From the NCBI GenBank assembly GCA_040901675.1, contig JBBDYJ010000014.1, forward strand, positions 72,559-136,558: a stretch of DNA of 64,000 nucleotides, written 5' to 3'. This document shows, one piece after another, positions 7,088 through 16,119 of the stretch. Both the position numbers and the translations under genes were made by a program. The notes under the pieces are model-generated. The model was given only the letters and a program-made list of their open reading frames with translations. It made no database searches and was not told where the DNA came from. Numbering within the stretch: position 1 is the stretch's first letter; every line of letters starts with the position of its first letter. Source of the stretch: Pirellulales bacterium (lineage in GTDB: Bacteria > Planctomycetota > Planctomycetia > Pirellulales > JAICIG01).

Positions 7088-8488
7088 TTAAAACTCGCGT
7101 TCCTTGTTGATGCCTGGCTGCGGCACGGGGTACGTGCCGTCGGAGCCAAGCTGCAGCGGGGCGGGGCCGTCGAGCGCCAACTGGTCGACGTTCGGGGCGA
7201 ACTCGTGCGGGCAGTTCAGCATCGTGTCCCAGGTGATGATCTGCCCGGTGTGCGCCGCCATCCGCCCCATCGCCGTCACCAGGCTCGCTTCGGCGCCACG
7301 CCTGGCCTCGTTGAAAGGCTTGTTCTGATAGATGGCGTCGACGAGGTTGTCCCACTCCAGTTGATAGGGGCTCGGCTCGGGGGGCGGATAGGCCCACGCG
7401 AGGTCTTCCTTGCTGTGCTTTTGTCCCTTGTAAATACGGGCCTTCGACGGGGCGTGGCCGGCGGTCGAAATCACCGCCGAGCCCTTGCTCCCGTGAGCGT
7501 AGCTGGCGAACTCGCCATAGCAGCCCTCGATCGTGCGGCCTTCGAGATACAGCTTGGAACCGTCGGCGAAGGTAAACTCGGTCGAGTAGCTGTCGAAGTT
7601 CTGGTCGATGTAGTCGCCGCGATAGTGCCGGCCGCCGGAGGCCTTGGCCTCGACGGGCCAGGCGTCCTTCATCCAGCAGCACTCGTCGATGTTGTGGATC
7701 AAGAAGTCGCTGTAGGCGCCGCCGCTGGCCCACAGGAAGGCGTGGAACTTCTTGATCTGATACATCAGCTCGCTGATGTCGTCCGGCTTCGGAGGCGCGA
7801 AGGCATGGGCGGTCGGCCCGGCCATGCGGTACGCCCGCAGCAGCACCAGGTCGCCGATCTCGCCGTTCTTGATCCGGTCGAACAGCTCGGCGCGGGCCAC
7901 GCAGTGACGGCACATCAGGCCCACGCCCACCTTGAGGTTCTTCTCCTCGGAGAGAGCAGCCAGGTCGAGCATCTTCTTGACGCTGGGACCGTCCACCGCG
8001 GTCGGCTTTTCCATGAAGACGTTGAGGCCCTTGTCGATGGCGTACTTGAAGTGCACCCAGCGGAACGCCGGCGGCGTGGCCAGAATCACCACGTCGCCCG
8101 GATTCAGGCAGTCCATCGCCTTCTGGTAGGCGTCGAAGCCGATGAACTTGCGATCGTCGGGCACGTCGACCAGGTCGGTCGCCGCCCCCGCTTCCGCGGT
8201 CCGCTCCTCGGCAACTTTCTTGATGTTGTCGTAACTGGACTTGAGCTTGTCGTCGAAGACGTCGGCCATTGCCACCAGCTTGATCGGGCAGCTCTTGGTG
8301 GCCAGGGCGTTGCCGGCCGCCCCCGTCCCCCGTCCGCCGCAGCCGACCAGGGCCACCTGGAGCAGGCTGCTCTCAGCCGCATGGACTTTCGGCACGGCGA
8401 TGCCCGCCAGGGCCGTGGCGGCGGCAATCTGTCCGGAAGTCTTCAGAACGTCTCGGCGCGACATGGAATTGAAAAATGACTCGCTCAC
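7088..8488 (-). CDS. Tat-exported Gfo/Idh/MocA oxidoreductase
   Basis: SRRDVLK Tat motif; LVGCGGRG; FMEKP; IHNID. Confidence 0.9.
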   Translation of the reverse strand: MSESFFNSMSRRDVLKTSGQIAAATALAGIAVPKVHAAESSLLQVALVGCGGRGTGAAGNALATKSCPIKLVAMADVFDDKLKSSYDNIKKVAEERTAEAGAATDLVDVPDDRKFIGFDAYQKAMDCLNPGDVVILATPPAFRWVHFKYAIDKGLNVFMEKPTAVDGPSVKKMLDLAALSEEKNLKVGVGLMCRHCVARAELFDRIKNGEIGDLVLLRAYRMAGPTAHAFAPPKPDDISELMYQIKKFHAFLWASGGAYSDFLIHNIDECCWMKDAWPVEAKASGGRHYRGDYIDQNFDSYSTEFTFADGSKLYLEGRTIEGCYGEFASYAHGSKGSAVISTAGHAPSKARIYKGQKHSKEDLAWAYPPPEPSPYQLEWDNLVDAIYQNKPFNEARRGAEASLVTAMGRMAAHTGQIITWDTMLNCPHEFAPNVDQLALDGPAPLQLGSDGTYPVPQPGINKEREF

Positions 8489-8623
8489 GGGCAAGGTCTC
8501 CAATCGATTGGGCGGGGCTTGGACGAAGGATATTGGGGTGTGTTTCGGCGCATCGCGCGGATGCAAGGCATGCCTCAGTATTATGCCGAAAGGGCAGGGC
8601 CTCCGCAATCAGGAAAGCCATCC

Positions 8624-9637
8624 TTACGGTCTGGTCGCCTCGGATTTCAGCGAAATCCGCCGAATGGCCGCAGCGTCGCCCGCCGCCAGCACTTCCCGCC
8701 TAATCGGAGAAGCTGCCAGGCTGTGTACCCAACCGTCGATGGCCGGCAAATCCTCCACGACCTGGACGGTCCTGGGATCGACCACCCGCACGTGCCCGTC
8801 TTCGCAGCCAACCACGATCTGCCGGCCGTCGAAGGTCCAGGCGACCGATCGGGGCGGGCTGGCAAGCCGGGCAAACCGTACCATGCGGCCGATCTCCGGC
8901 TGCCAGAGCCGCACCGTGCGGTCGCTGCTGACCGAGGCGACCCACGGCTCGGCCCCAGCCGGCGTAGCAGGCCGGACTGCAAGCCCCAACACGGGCGCCG
9001 TATGGTTGGTCATCGCTCGCAATTGGCTGCCGTCGGCGGCGTTCCAGGCCAGCAGACTGCCGTCGATGCCGGCTGTTAGCAGGGTTCGGCCATCGCTCAG
9101 GAAGGCCGCGGCCAGCACCGCCTGCGAGTGCCCATCGAGTTGGACCAGCGGTGTTGCCTGGCCATCTTGCCACACCAGCGCCAGACGATCCGCGCCGGCC
9201 GTCGCCCAATGCGTCCCGTCAGGCGCATAGCTTATGGCATAGACGAGATCCTCGTGGCCGGTGACCAGTTCGATTGTCTCGCAGCGCGGCCAGGAGAACC
9301 ACTCGACGCTTCCCTCCTCGGCCGGCCGGCCGCCGGCGGCGGCCAGCTTTTTTCCATCGGAGGAGAAACAAAGATCGTGGACGTGCAAGAGCCGCGTGCC
9401 GATCGCGCGTTCGAGCTCCAGCTCCGGCCAGGTGCGCACTTCAATGCCCGCCTGCGAGGCGGTGACGACCGACGTTCCGTCCGGCGCGAACACGGCGGCC
9501 GTGATGGGAGGCTCGGCGGCCGCCGTTGGGGAGGAGCCGAGAGCCGCGGCCACGGTTGCCAGGAGGATCGGGCCGGCGACGATCAACCGAAAGGGCCGCG
9601 GCTTAGGGAGCGGCTGGTCTGGGCTGCCCCGGCTCAT
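8624..9637 (-). CDS. Secreted WD40-repeat protein
   Basis: Signal peptide; GH...VW and GH...AW repeats. Confidence 0.85.
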   Translation of the reverse strand: MSRGSPDQPLPKPRPFRLIVAGPILLATVAAALGSSPTAAAEPPITAAVFAPDGTSVVTASQAGIEVRTWPELELERAIGTRLLHVHDLCFSSDGKKLAAAGGRPAEEGSVEWFSWPRCETIELVTGHEDLVYAISYAPDGTHWATAGADRLALVWQDGQATPLVQLDGHSQAVLAAAFLSDGRTLLTAGIDGSLLAWNAADGSQLRAMTNHTAPVLGLAVRPATPAGAEPWVASVSSDRTVRLWQPEIGRMVRFARLASPPRSVAWTFDGRQIVVGCEDGHVRVVDPRTVQVVEDLPAIDGWVHSLAASPIRREVLAAGDAAAIRRISLKSEATRP

Positions 9638-10962
9638 ACCAGGAGCTCCTGGATCACCTGCGTGCCGCGATTGACGGCCACCGGCCGCCCGTCCGGTGTC
9701 TGGAGTTGATGGTCGGGATCGATGCCGAGCAGGGTGTAGATCGTGCGGGCCAGATCTTCGGGGAGCACGGGCCGCTCGCGCGGGCTCTCGCCGCGAGAAT
9801 CGCTGGAGCCGACCACTTGCCCGCCGCGGACGCCGCCGCCGGCCAACAGCACGCTGAAGACGCGCGGCCAGTGGTCGCGCCCGCCGGCCGTATTGATCTT
9901 GGGGGTGCGGCCGAACTCCCCCATCAGGACGACCAGCGTTTCGTCGAGCAGGCCCCGCTCGTCGAGGTCCGCCAGCAGGGCGGAGTACGCCAAATCGAGC
10001 GTGGGGATCTTTCCGACCAGGCCTCCGGTGTAGCCCTCCTTCAGCCGGTTGACCAGGGCCTCGTGCGTATCCCAGCCCCGATCGGTGACGGTGACGAACG
10101 GCACGCCGGCTTGAATCAGCCGCCGAGCCAAGAGGCAGCTTTGTCCCAGCGTGCGAGGTCCGTAGCGCTCGCGGACCATCGCCGGTTCGGCTGCCAGGTC
10201 GAAGGCCTTCTTCGCCTCCGACGAGGCAATCAGCCGCCAGGCCTGCTCGAAGTCGGGGTCTGCGTTTTGTTCTCCCTGGGCCTCAGCGGCGGTTCGAAAG
10301 CGATCGAAGGCCTCCAGGAATTCTTTGCGCCGCGACAGCCGGCCTCCGTCGACACCCGGATAGGGATCGAAGTCGCGGACGCGGAAATCGGGAGCGGCGG
10401 GATCGCCGCCGACGGCAAAAGGCCGGCTTGCGGCGGGTAGAAAACCGGCGCCTGCATACGGGTTGTAGTCGGGGACGGCGACGTACCGCGGCAGGAGATG
10501 TCCGGTGCCGTCGAGACCCGCGGCGACCGCGCCGTAGCTCGGGTATTCGAGCACGTTGGTCGGCTTGTAGCCGGTGAGCAGATAATGGCTGCCGAAGTTG
10601 TGCTCGCCCAAGGTCGAAGTGACCGAGCGGACCAGGGCCACCTTATCCAGCAGGCGGGCCGTCCGGGGCAGATGCTCGCAGACGTGCACTCCGGCAACGT
10701 TCGTTTCGATGGGGCCGAAGGGACCGCGCACCTCCTGGGGGGCCGAGGGTTTCAGATCGAACGTATCGAGGTGACTCGGGCCGCCGTCGAGCCAGACCAG
10801 GATGCAGCGCTTGGCCGTGGCTTTCCGCACCCGGCCGTGCGTCTGGCCGGCAAGGCCGCGGAGCCGGAGCCAGTCGGTGACCGTCAGTCCCAGGGCGGTG
10901 ATCGCCCCCGCGCGGAGGATCTCTCGGCGCGTGACGCCATCGCAACGGCGGTTGGTGTTCAC
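9634..10962 (-). CDS. DUF1501 family protein (Tat signal)
   Basis: TRREILR; WLDGGPSHLDTFDLKP; GWDTH; GEFGRTP; GRDHW. Confidence 0.9.
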   Translation of the reverse strand: MNTNRRCDGVTRREILRAGAITALGLTVTDWLRLRGLAGQTHGRVRKATAKRCILVWLDGGPSHLDTFDLKPSAPQEVRGPFGPIETNVAGVHVCEHLPRTARLLDKVALVRSVTSTLGEHNFGSHYLLTGYKPTNVLEYPSYGAVAAGLDGTGHLLPRYVAVPDYNPYAGAGFLPAASRPFAVGGDPAAPDFRVRDFDPYPGVDGGRLSRRKEFLEAFDRFRTAAEAQGEQNADPDFEQAWRLIASSEAKKAFDLAAEPAMVRERYGPRTLGQSCLLARRLIQAGVPFVTVTDRGWDTHEALVNRLKEGYTGGLVGKIPTLDLAYSALLADLDERGLLDETLVVLMGEFGRTPKINTAGGRDHWPRVFSVLLAGGGVRGGQVVGSSDSRGESPRERPVLPEDLARTIYTLLGIDPDHQLQTPDGRPVAVNRGTQVIQELLV

Positions 10963-11389
10963 GTTGCCGGTCCGCTTTTGCCGCGTTGGCCCGCGGTACG
11001 ATCCGACCCGCCCGCAGAGGCTGCGGTCTTCGGTTAACATGCCTGGTCTCCCGGTGGATCCTCGGCCCACAAGTCATTTTGAAGGCGCGCGACCGGCAGA
11101 GCAAGCAAGTGAGGCTTCGCGGAACGAGGATTAAATGAAGCGAGCGCCGGGGCAACATTTGCGCGGGGCGGGCGCCCACCAGCCAGGCCCGTCCAACCCC
11201 AAACAGCACCAGCACCGCCTCGGCCATCCAGGCAGGCGCACCCAGCGGCAGGAATCGCCAGCGGAACCGGCACCGTTTTGGTCGTTCATCGTTGCATTGG
11301 TAGCCGCAGCCGTCGCATCCTGCAACGCGCCCCGCACGGAGCGCCGTCGATGATTCCCCAGCCACGGGCAGCAGGACGATCCCGATCAG

Positions 11390-12105
11390 CAGCTCCGCGT
11401 CGTCCGGGAATTTTTCCAAACCTTCCCGGCAGGCCGCCAGCGCTGAGTCGAGGTGCCCTTGCTGCGCCAGGCTGTTCACCAGCAGGGCGTAGACTTTGCG
11501 GATCTGCGATTCCGGGTGCGCGGAGGCGGCCAGGCTCCGCCACAGGTAGCGCACGGCCTTGCCATGCCGCCCCATCTCGTCGAACGTCATGCCCAGGTTG
11601 AAGAGGATGAACGGGTGCTTGGGCCTCTCGCGCAGGTCGGCCCGCAACAGCCACAGGTCGCGGATGAGCTTCCGCCGCTTCCCCTCGGGCGTCTGGTCGC
11701 TGCCGGCATGGACCACGAACACGTCCGTGAACATGACCTGGCCGCCCGCCCGGTTGATGGCCGGCATGATCTGCTCGTGGATGCGGTGCTCAAACCGCAG
11801 GTCCGGGCGATTGCGCAAGAGCTTGCAGTGGTCCACAACGGTAAAATCGTACGATCCGTGCGGCCCCTCCCGCGGGCAGCGGACCTGCATCACGCAGCCC
11901 ACGATCGAATCGGGCGTGACGTCGGGCACCGGCTCGCCGGCGTGAGTCGAGGCGAGCGGCAGCCGCTCGCCGGAGCACAGCGATTCGACGAGCCCCCGCA
12001 GCTTGCGGCCATTGGCCTCGTCAATGACGTCGTCGGAGTCCATCCAGAACAGCCACTGCCCCGTGGCGTGCCGCAGCGACTCGTTGCGGGCGCGCGCAGA
12101 ATCGG
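11390..12105 (-). pseudogene. Internal fragment of a GT2 glycosyltransferase-TPR gene
   Basis: ARNESLRHATGQWLFWMDSDD, RIHEQI, TPR-like FNLGMT; lacks the GT2 N-terminus and is cut after 'FPDDAELL'. Confidence 0.75.
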
Positions 12106-12142
12106 CATGGCCAAAAGCAAGCGCGGCGGCGAGCCGCGGTCG

Positions 12143-12293
12143 GGAGCTGAATACGTGGCCTGTGTTTTCCCCTGTCAACGCTTCACCCGCGACGTTGCCG
12201 TCGCCCGAGCATGACTTGGGGCCAGCGTGGTTCGCTACTCCTTCGCCGTAGGGCTCTTGCATCCCCGACTCCCTGCCGGTTTTCACCGGCGCT
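12143..12293 (-). mobile_element. Group II intron 5' (domain I) remnant, no RT
   Basis: GCGCCGG...CCGGCAGGGAG...GAAGGAGTAGCGAACCAC...GGCCCCAAGTCATG...GAAGCGTTGACAGGGG...GTATTCAGC resembles bacterial group II intron 5' ends. Confidence 0.7.
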
Positions 12294-12369
12294 TTCGCTG
12301 CATCCCCCTTAAATCGCCCCGCATACCGCGCGACGTGCGGAAGTAAGCCTGTGACCAACTGGTACTCGT

Positions 12370-13221
12370 TCATCTGGCAGTTGGAACGGGCCCCTTCCAG
12401 TGCGGCCACGGTTTGTGAGGCAGCCGTCCCTGCCTTTGGCTAGCCTCTAAGACCGTTCCATTCCGCTTTGCCTCGGCGTCAACAAGAAACTGTAGTCGCT
12501 GCTGATCAAAATACATGAATCGCTCGTTCTCGGTGATCCATTGACGCAAATCGCGATATTTCTCAAGCCAACTGATCTGCGTGACTTCCCGGATTTCACT
12601 CTCTCTACCGAAACACCAGTATGCTACCCTTAACTCATTAACAAACCACGGGTCAAACACTACTCGCCCGCTCGCCTCTCGGTGAGACACGTAAACGTCA
12701 CCGAATAACTCTTCGGTTGTTACGCTCATCAGATACTCGTTCCTGTCCCATCCGAGAAACACCTCCTTTACTAACTCGATTGACAGAACTCCATTTGCAT
12801 TGCCCTTTCGCAAGGACTGCTCAAAAATTCGCCCCCAGGCAATCTGTTCGATGATATCGGCTCTCTTGTCAACCTCTTGCATTTCTCCTTCGGCAAAAAA
12901 CTCCGTACTGACCATCATGTTTATGACACGCGCTGACGGCATGGGGTGTATCAGCAACCACCAATCCAACCACTGACTCCCGCGGCCAAAGGACGCCCAA
13001 GCGCGCCGGGTGTTTGTGGCACTATCTGGAATATCGGACCAAGCCATTTTCCTTATGACGGACGCCGCCTCGGCCTCGCTACGGCACTGAGCAAGTGCCG
13101 AGCCCAGTTTATCAACGCCTGCAGAGCGTCTGTAGCTGTACACAGCAAGCAGCCCGATCCCAATCGCGGCGAGAATCGCGCAGATCGTGACCGACGGCCG
13201 GTAACGTATGGCTTTGCTCAT
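12370..13221 (-). CDS. Low-GC orphan protein with N-terminal membrane anchor
   Basis: Long ORF in visibly AT-richer DNA; TICAILAAIGIGLLAVY anchor; start uncertain. Confidence 0.65.
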   Translation of the reverse strand: MSKAIRYRPSVTICAILAAIGIGLLAVYSYRRSAGVDKLGSALAQCRSEAEAASVIRKMAWSDIPDSATNTRRAWASFGRGSQWLDWWLLIHPMPSARVINMMVSTEFFAEGEMQEVDKRADIIEQIAWGRIFEQSLRKGNANGVLSIELVKEVFLGWDRNEYLMSVTTEELFGDVYVSHREASGRVVFDPWFVNELRVAYWCFGRESEIREVTQISWLEKYRDLRQWITENERFMYFDQQRLQFLVDAEAKRNGTVLEASQRQGRLPHKPWPHWKGPVPTAR

Positions 13222-13240
13222 CAGCGTCATCCCCGGCAAT

Positions 13241-13315
13241 GGGATTCTAAGGGGACATTCTACTTTCCTGGGATTCTAAGGGGACATTTTACTTTGCTGA
13301 AGGATGTCCCCTTTG
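13241..13315. repeat. AAGGGGACAT / ATGTCCCCTT REP-like cluster (two direct copies and one inverted copy)
   Basis: GGGATTCTAAGGGGACATTYTACTTT twice, followed by GGATGTCCCCTTT. Confidence 0.8.
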
Positions 13316-13350
13316 TTTGGTCGTCCTGTAGAAACTGCGCGGGGGTAAAA

Positions 13351-14736
13351 AGACACCCATATTGTTGCTACTGCTGCGGGGCGGTTCAACTCCGTCGGAC
13401 TGGTACTTGGTGCAACTCGGCGGGTGGAGCGCCGGAGAGTTCCCTGTCCGGCCGACGCGGGCGCTTTCACGGCGCGGATCCGTCGACCCTGCCACGATCC
13501 GCTGCCTGTCAGACAGGCGGCTCCGTCAGGTGAACGCCTGGCGGGCGTGCTCGACGCCTTGGAACCAATGCTTGCCGGCACGCGAGGCGGCCTCGCCCAT
13601 CCGACCCGCCTGGCCAACTGCCCGGTGAAACCAGCGGCCGAACTGGGCCACGCTTTCCACCCAAGTAGCAGCGGCCACCTGCAGCCGCTCGAGAATCGGC
13701 GCCAGATTCGCCGGGATCGCGCCCCGCTTGCCCAACCGCACCTGACGGCCTGTCCAATCCAGCAGCCGCAGATAGTCGTCCAGCGCCACCGGCAAGAAGC
13801 CGCGGTCGGACGCCCGCAAACCCAAGGCCGCCGGGCTGCGAGCCGATCCGTTCTTCGCCGGGCTGCGTTCGTCCATCGGCATCCGGCAAAGCCAGGCGTC
13901 GTTGGGGGCGCCTGTCGGCGAGACGCGTTTCTTATTCTGCCGCCGGTTGGGACGCTTGTCTGATGAGCCCTTTCGGCGATCCTGCAATGCCAGCCGCGCC
14001 TGGCGGGCCGTGATCCGCTCGTAGGCCGACGTGTAGCGCGACTGTTCCGGCGTGCTGGCCAGGCCGGCGCGGATCGGATTCAAGTCGACGTACACGCTGC
14101 AGGCCAAAATGGCCCCTTCGTCCAAGAGGGCCTGGCACTTGAAGCGCCCCTCGAAGAAACGGCCGCGGCACTGGTCCTCGCGGTTGGCGCGGCGGGCGAT
14201 CGGCTCGCACAGCGCCCGCATGAACCAAGAGAGGCTGGCCAGCCGCTTGCGCCGCTCTTGGCAGGCCTCTGGATCGGCGACCAGCGTTTTCCACTCATGC
14301 TCCAGCGGCTCGCAGGCGGAGCCGTCGCTTTCTTTGCGGCCCGGGCAGAGCCGCCACCAGCGCCGGCCGATTTGTTCATCGCTCCAGCCTTCGACCACGT
14401 CGGGCCGGATACGCAAAACTACGTGTAAGTGGTTGCCCATCACGCTGAACCCGCAGACATCAACGGCGAAGATGGCCGCCAGCTTTTCGAGGCGGCGCTG
14501 GATCCAGCCTCTGCGGTGCTCGAAATCCTTGCCCGTCGCGGCGTCGCGGCCGCAGAGGAAGGCCTGCCGCACGCAGCGGGCCATGCAGTGATACATGCCC
14601 ACTTCGCCTTCTGCCACGATATCCCGCCGCGCATAGGCCGGCATGATCGTTCTCCCAACGGAATCGCCTGTCCCGCTTTTCCCGGTAGGAGCATAGGCGG
14701 TTGACCGCCAGCCGTCAAACAGAATCATGGGTGTCT
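13351..14736 (-). mobile_element. HUH/Y1 transposase element bounded by inverted AGACACCCAT / ATGGGTGTCT motifs
   Basis: Motifs at 13351-13360 and 14727-14736 flank the transposase gene. Confidence 0.6.
13526..14644 (-). CDS. IS200-like / REP-associated tyrosine transposase (RAYT-like)
   Basis: YHCMARCVR, VMGNHLHVV (HUH), GRFFEGRF, YVDLNPIRAG. Confidence 0.88.
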   Translation of the reverse strand: MPAYARRDIVAEGEVGMYHCMARCVRQAFLCGRDAATGKDFEHRRGWIQRRLEKLAAIFAVDVCGFSVMGNHLHVVLRIRPDVVEGWSDEQIGRRWWRLCPGRKESDGSACEPLEHEWKTLVADPEACQERRKRLASLSWFMRALCEPIARRANREDQCRGRFFEGRFKCQALLDEGAILACSVYVDLNPIRAGLASTPEQSRYTSAYERITARQARLALQDRRKGSSDKRPNRRQNKKRVSPTGAPNDAWLCRMPMDERSPAKNGSARSPAALGLRASDRGFLPVALDDYLRLLDWTGRQVRLGKRGAIPANLAPILERLQVAAATWVESVAQFGRWFHRAVGQAGRMGEAASRAGKHWFQGVEHARQAFT

Positions 14737-14748
14737 CTAATCGCTATA

Positions 14749-15065
14749 GATACGCAAAACTACGTGTAAGTGGTTGCCCATCACACTGAACCCGCAGACA
14801 TCGACGGCGAAGATGGCCGCCAGCTTTTCGAGGCGGCGTTGGATCCAGCCTCTGCGGTGCTCGAAGTCCTTGCCCGACACGGCATCGCGCCCGCAGAGGA
14901 AGGCCTGCCGCACGCAGCGGGCCATGCAGTGGTACATGCCCACTTCGCCTTCCGCCACAATATCCCGCCGCGCATAGGCCGGCATGATGGTTCTCCCAAC
15001 GGAATCGCGAGTCCCGGCCGCAGCATAGGCGGTCAAGGGCCAGCCGTCAATAATTATGGGTGTCT
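14749..15065 (-). pseudogene. Diverged 5' fragment of a paralogous transposase, with promoter and end motif
   Basis: Near-identical protein up to NHLHVVLRI with mostly synonymous DNA changes; ATGGGTGTCT at 15056-15065. Confidence 0.85.
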
Positions 15066-15074
15066 TTGAATTTG

Positions 15075-15529
15075 CCACTCATGCTCCAGCGGCTCGCAGG
15101 CGGAGCCGTCGCTTTCTTTGCGGCCCGGGCAGAGCCGCCACCAGCGCCGGCCGATTTGTTCATCGCTCCAGCCTTCGACCACGTCGGGCCGGATACGCAA
15201 AACTACGTGTAAGTGGTTGCCCATCACGCTGAACCCGCAGACATCAACGGCGAAGATGGCCGCCAGCTTTTCGAGGCGGCGCTGGATCCAGCCTCTGCGG
15301 TGCTCGAAATCCTTGCCCGTCGCGGCGTCGCGGCCGCAGAGGAAGGCCTGCCGCACGCAGCGGGCCATGCAGTGATACATGCCCACTTCGCCTTCTGCCA
15401 CGATATCCCGCCGCGCATAGGCCGGCATGATCGTTCTCCCAACGGAATCGCCTGTCCCGCTTTTCCCGGTAGGAGCATAGGCGGTTGACCGCCAGCCGTC
15501 AAACAGAATCATGGGTGTCTCTAATCGCT
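15075..15529 (-). pseudogene. Apparently exact 455-bp duplicate of the transposase 5' end (14291-14745)
   Basis: Matches by eye at offset 784; truncated after EPLEHEW. Confidence 0.9.
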
Positions 15530-15671
15530 TCTGCGGATCGGCAAGTGACGCGGCGACGTAGCTCCTCCGGCACTGAGGCGTCTTGAACGTTCAGCGATGC
15601 TTGGCAGATTCCGCGCACTGGAACATAATGGCGGCCCTGCGTATAGGTTTCCGCACTCCGTGGAGTCAGCA

Positions 15672-15887
15672 ATGAACCCGCTCGGGTTGGCATTGGTCGC
15701 GCTTGGCTGTTTTACAATCCTGGGCGCCGTCATGGATTGGAATTGGTTCATGGAGTATCGCACGGGCCGCATGTGGATCGGGATTCTCGGCAGAAGAGGC
15801 ACCCGGATTCTTTACGGCCTTCTCGGGATCGGTATCCTGCTTGTCGGGGTGCTGCTGGCAGCCGGGGTCATTCAGAACGCTCGTTAG
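15672..15887 (+). CDS. Immunity protein Imm17-like small membrane protein
   Basis: GAVMDWNWFM...LGRRGTRILYGLLG pattern; GGAG RBS. Confidence 0.7.
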   Translation: MNPLGLALVALGCFTILGAVMDWNWFMEYRTGRMWIGILGRRGTRILYGLLGIGILLVGVLLAAGVIQNAR

Positions 15888-15919
15888 GCATGCCAGTCAG
15901 GGCCGCCGCGGAGCGTTCC

Positions 15920-15948
15920 TTGACGCTCCACAAGGCCATTGCTAAACT
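15920..15948 (+). promoter_or_regulatory. Sigma70-like promoter of ppdK
   Basis: TTGACG-N17-TAAACT with extended TG. Confidence 0.55.
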
Positions 15949-16119
15949 TGCCTGCTTCTCGGTGCCGGCTGGGAGCAGGCGCGGCGGACGGCACATCCCG
16001 TGCGCCGGGATGCCTGCTACTGAACGGGCGAAACAGGGATCGGCACGTGGCCGGTCGCGGCGTACCAGTCGCGCCCAAAGGCTCATCGGCTCGACCACTT
16101 CGACATGGGATGCTATCTG

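Noticed and set aside
10643..12409. 588-aa ORF as a single real protein
   Set aside because: Chance read-through of the intron remnant, GT2 fragment and intergenic DNA, overlapping DUF1501 in another frame
14291..15529. DGR template/variable repeat pair
   Set aside because: No reverse transcriptase; differences between copies are mostly synonymous rather than adenine-specific, and one copy appears exact
15884..15890. Integron attC core GTTAGGC after the Imm17-like gene
   Set aside because: No matching inverse core or attC hairpin, and no integrase in the window
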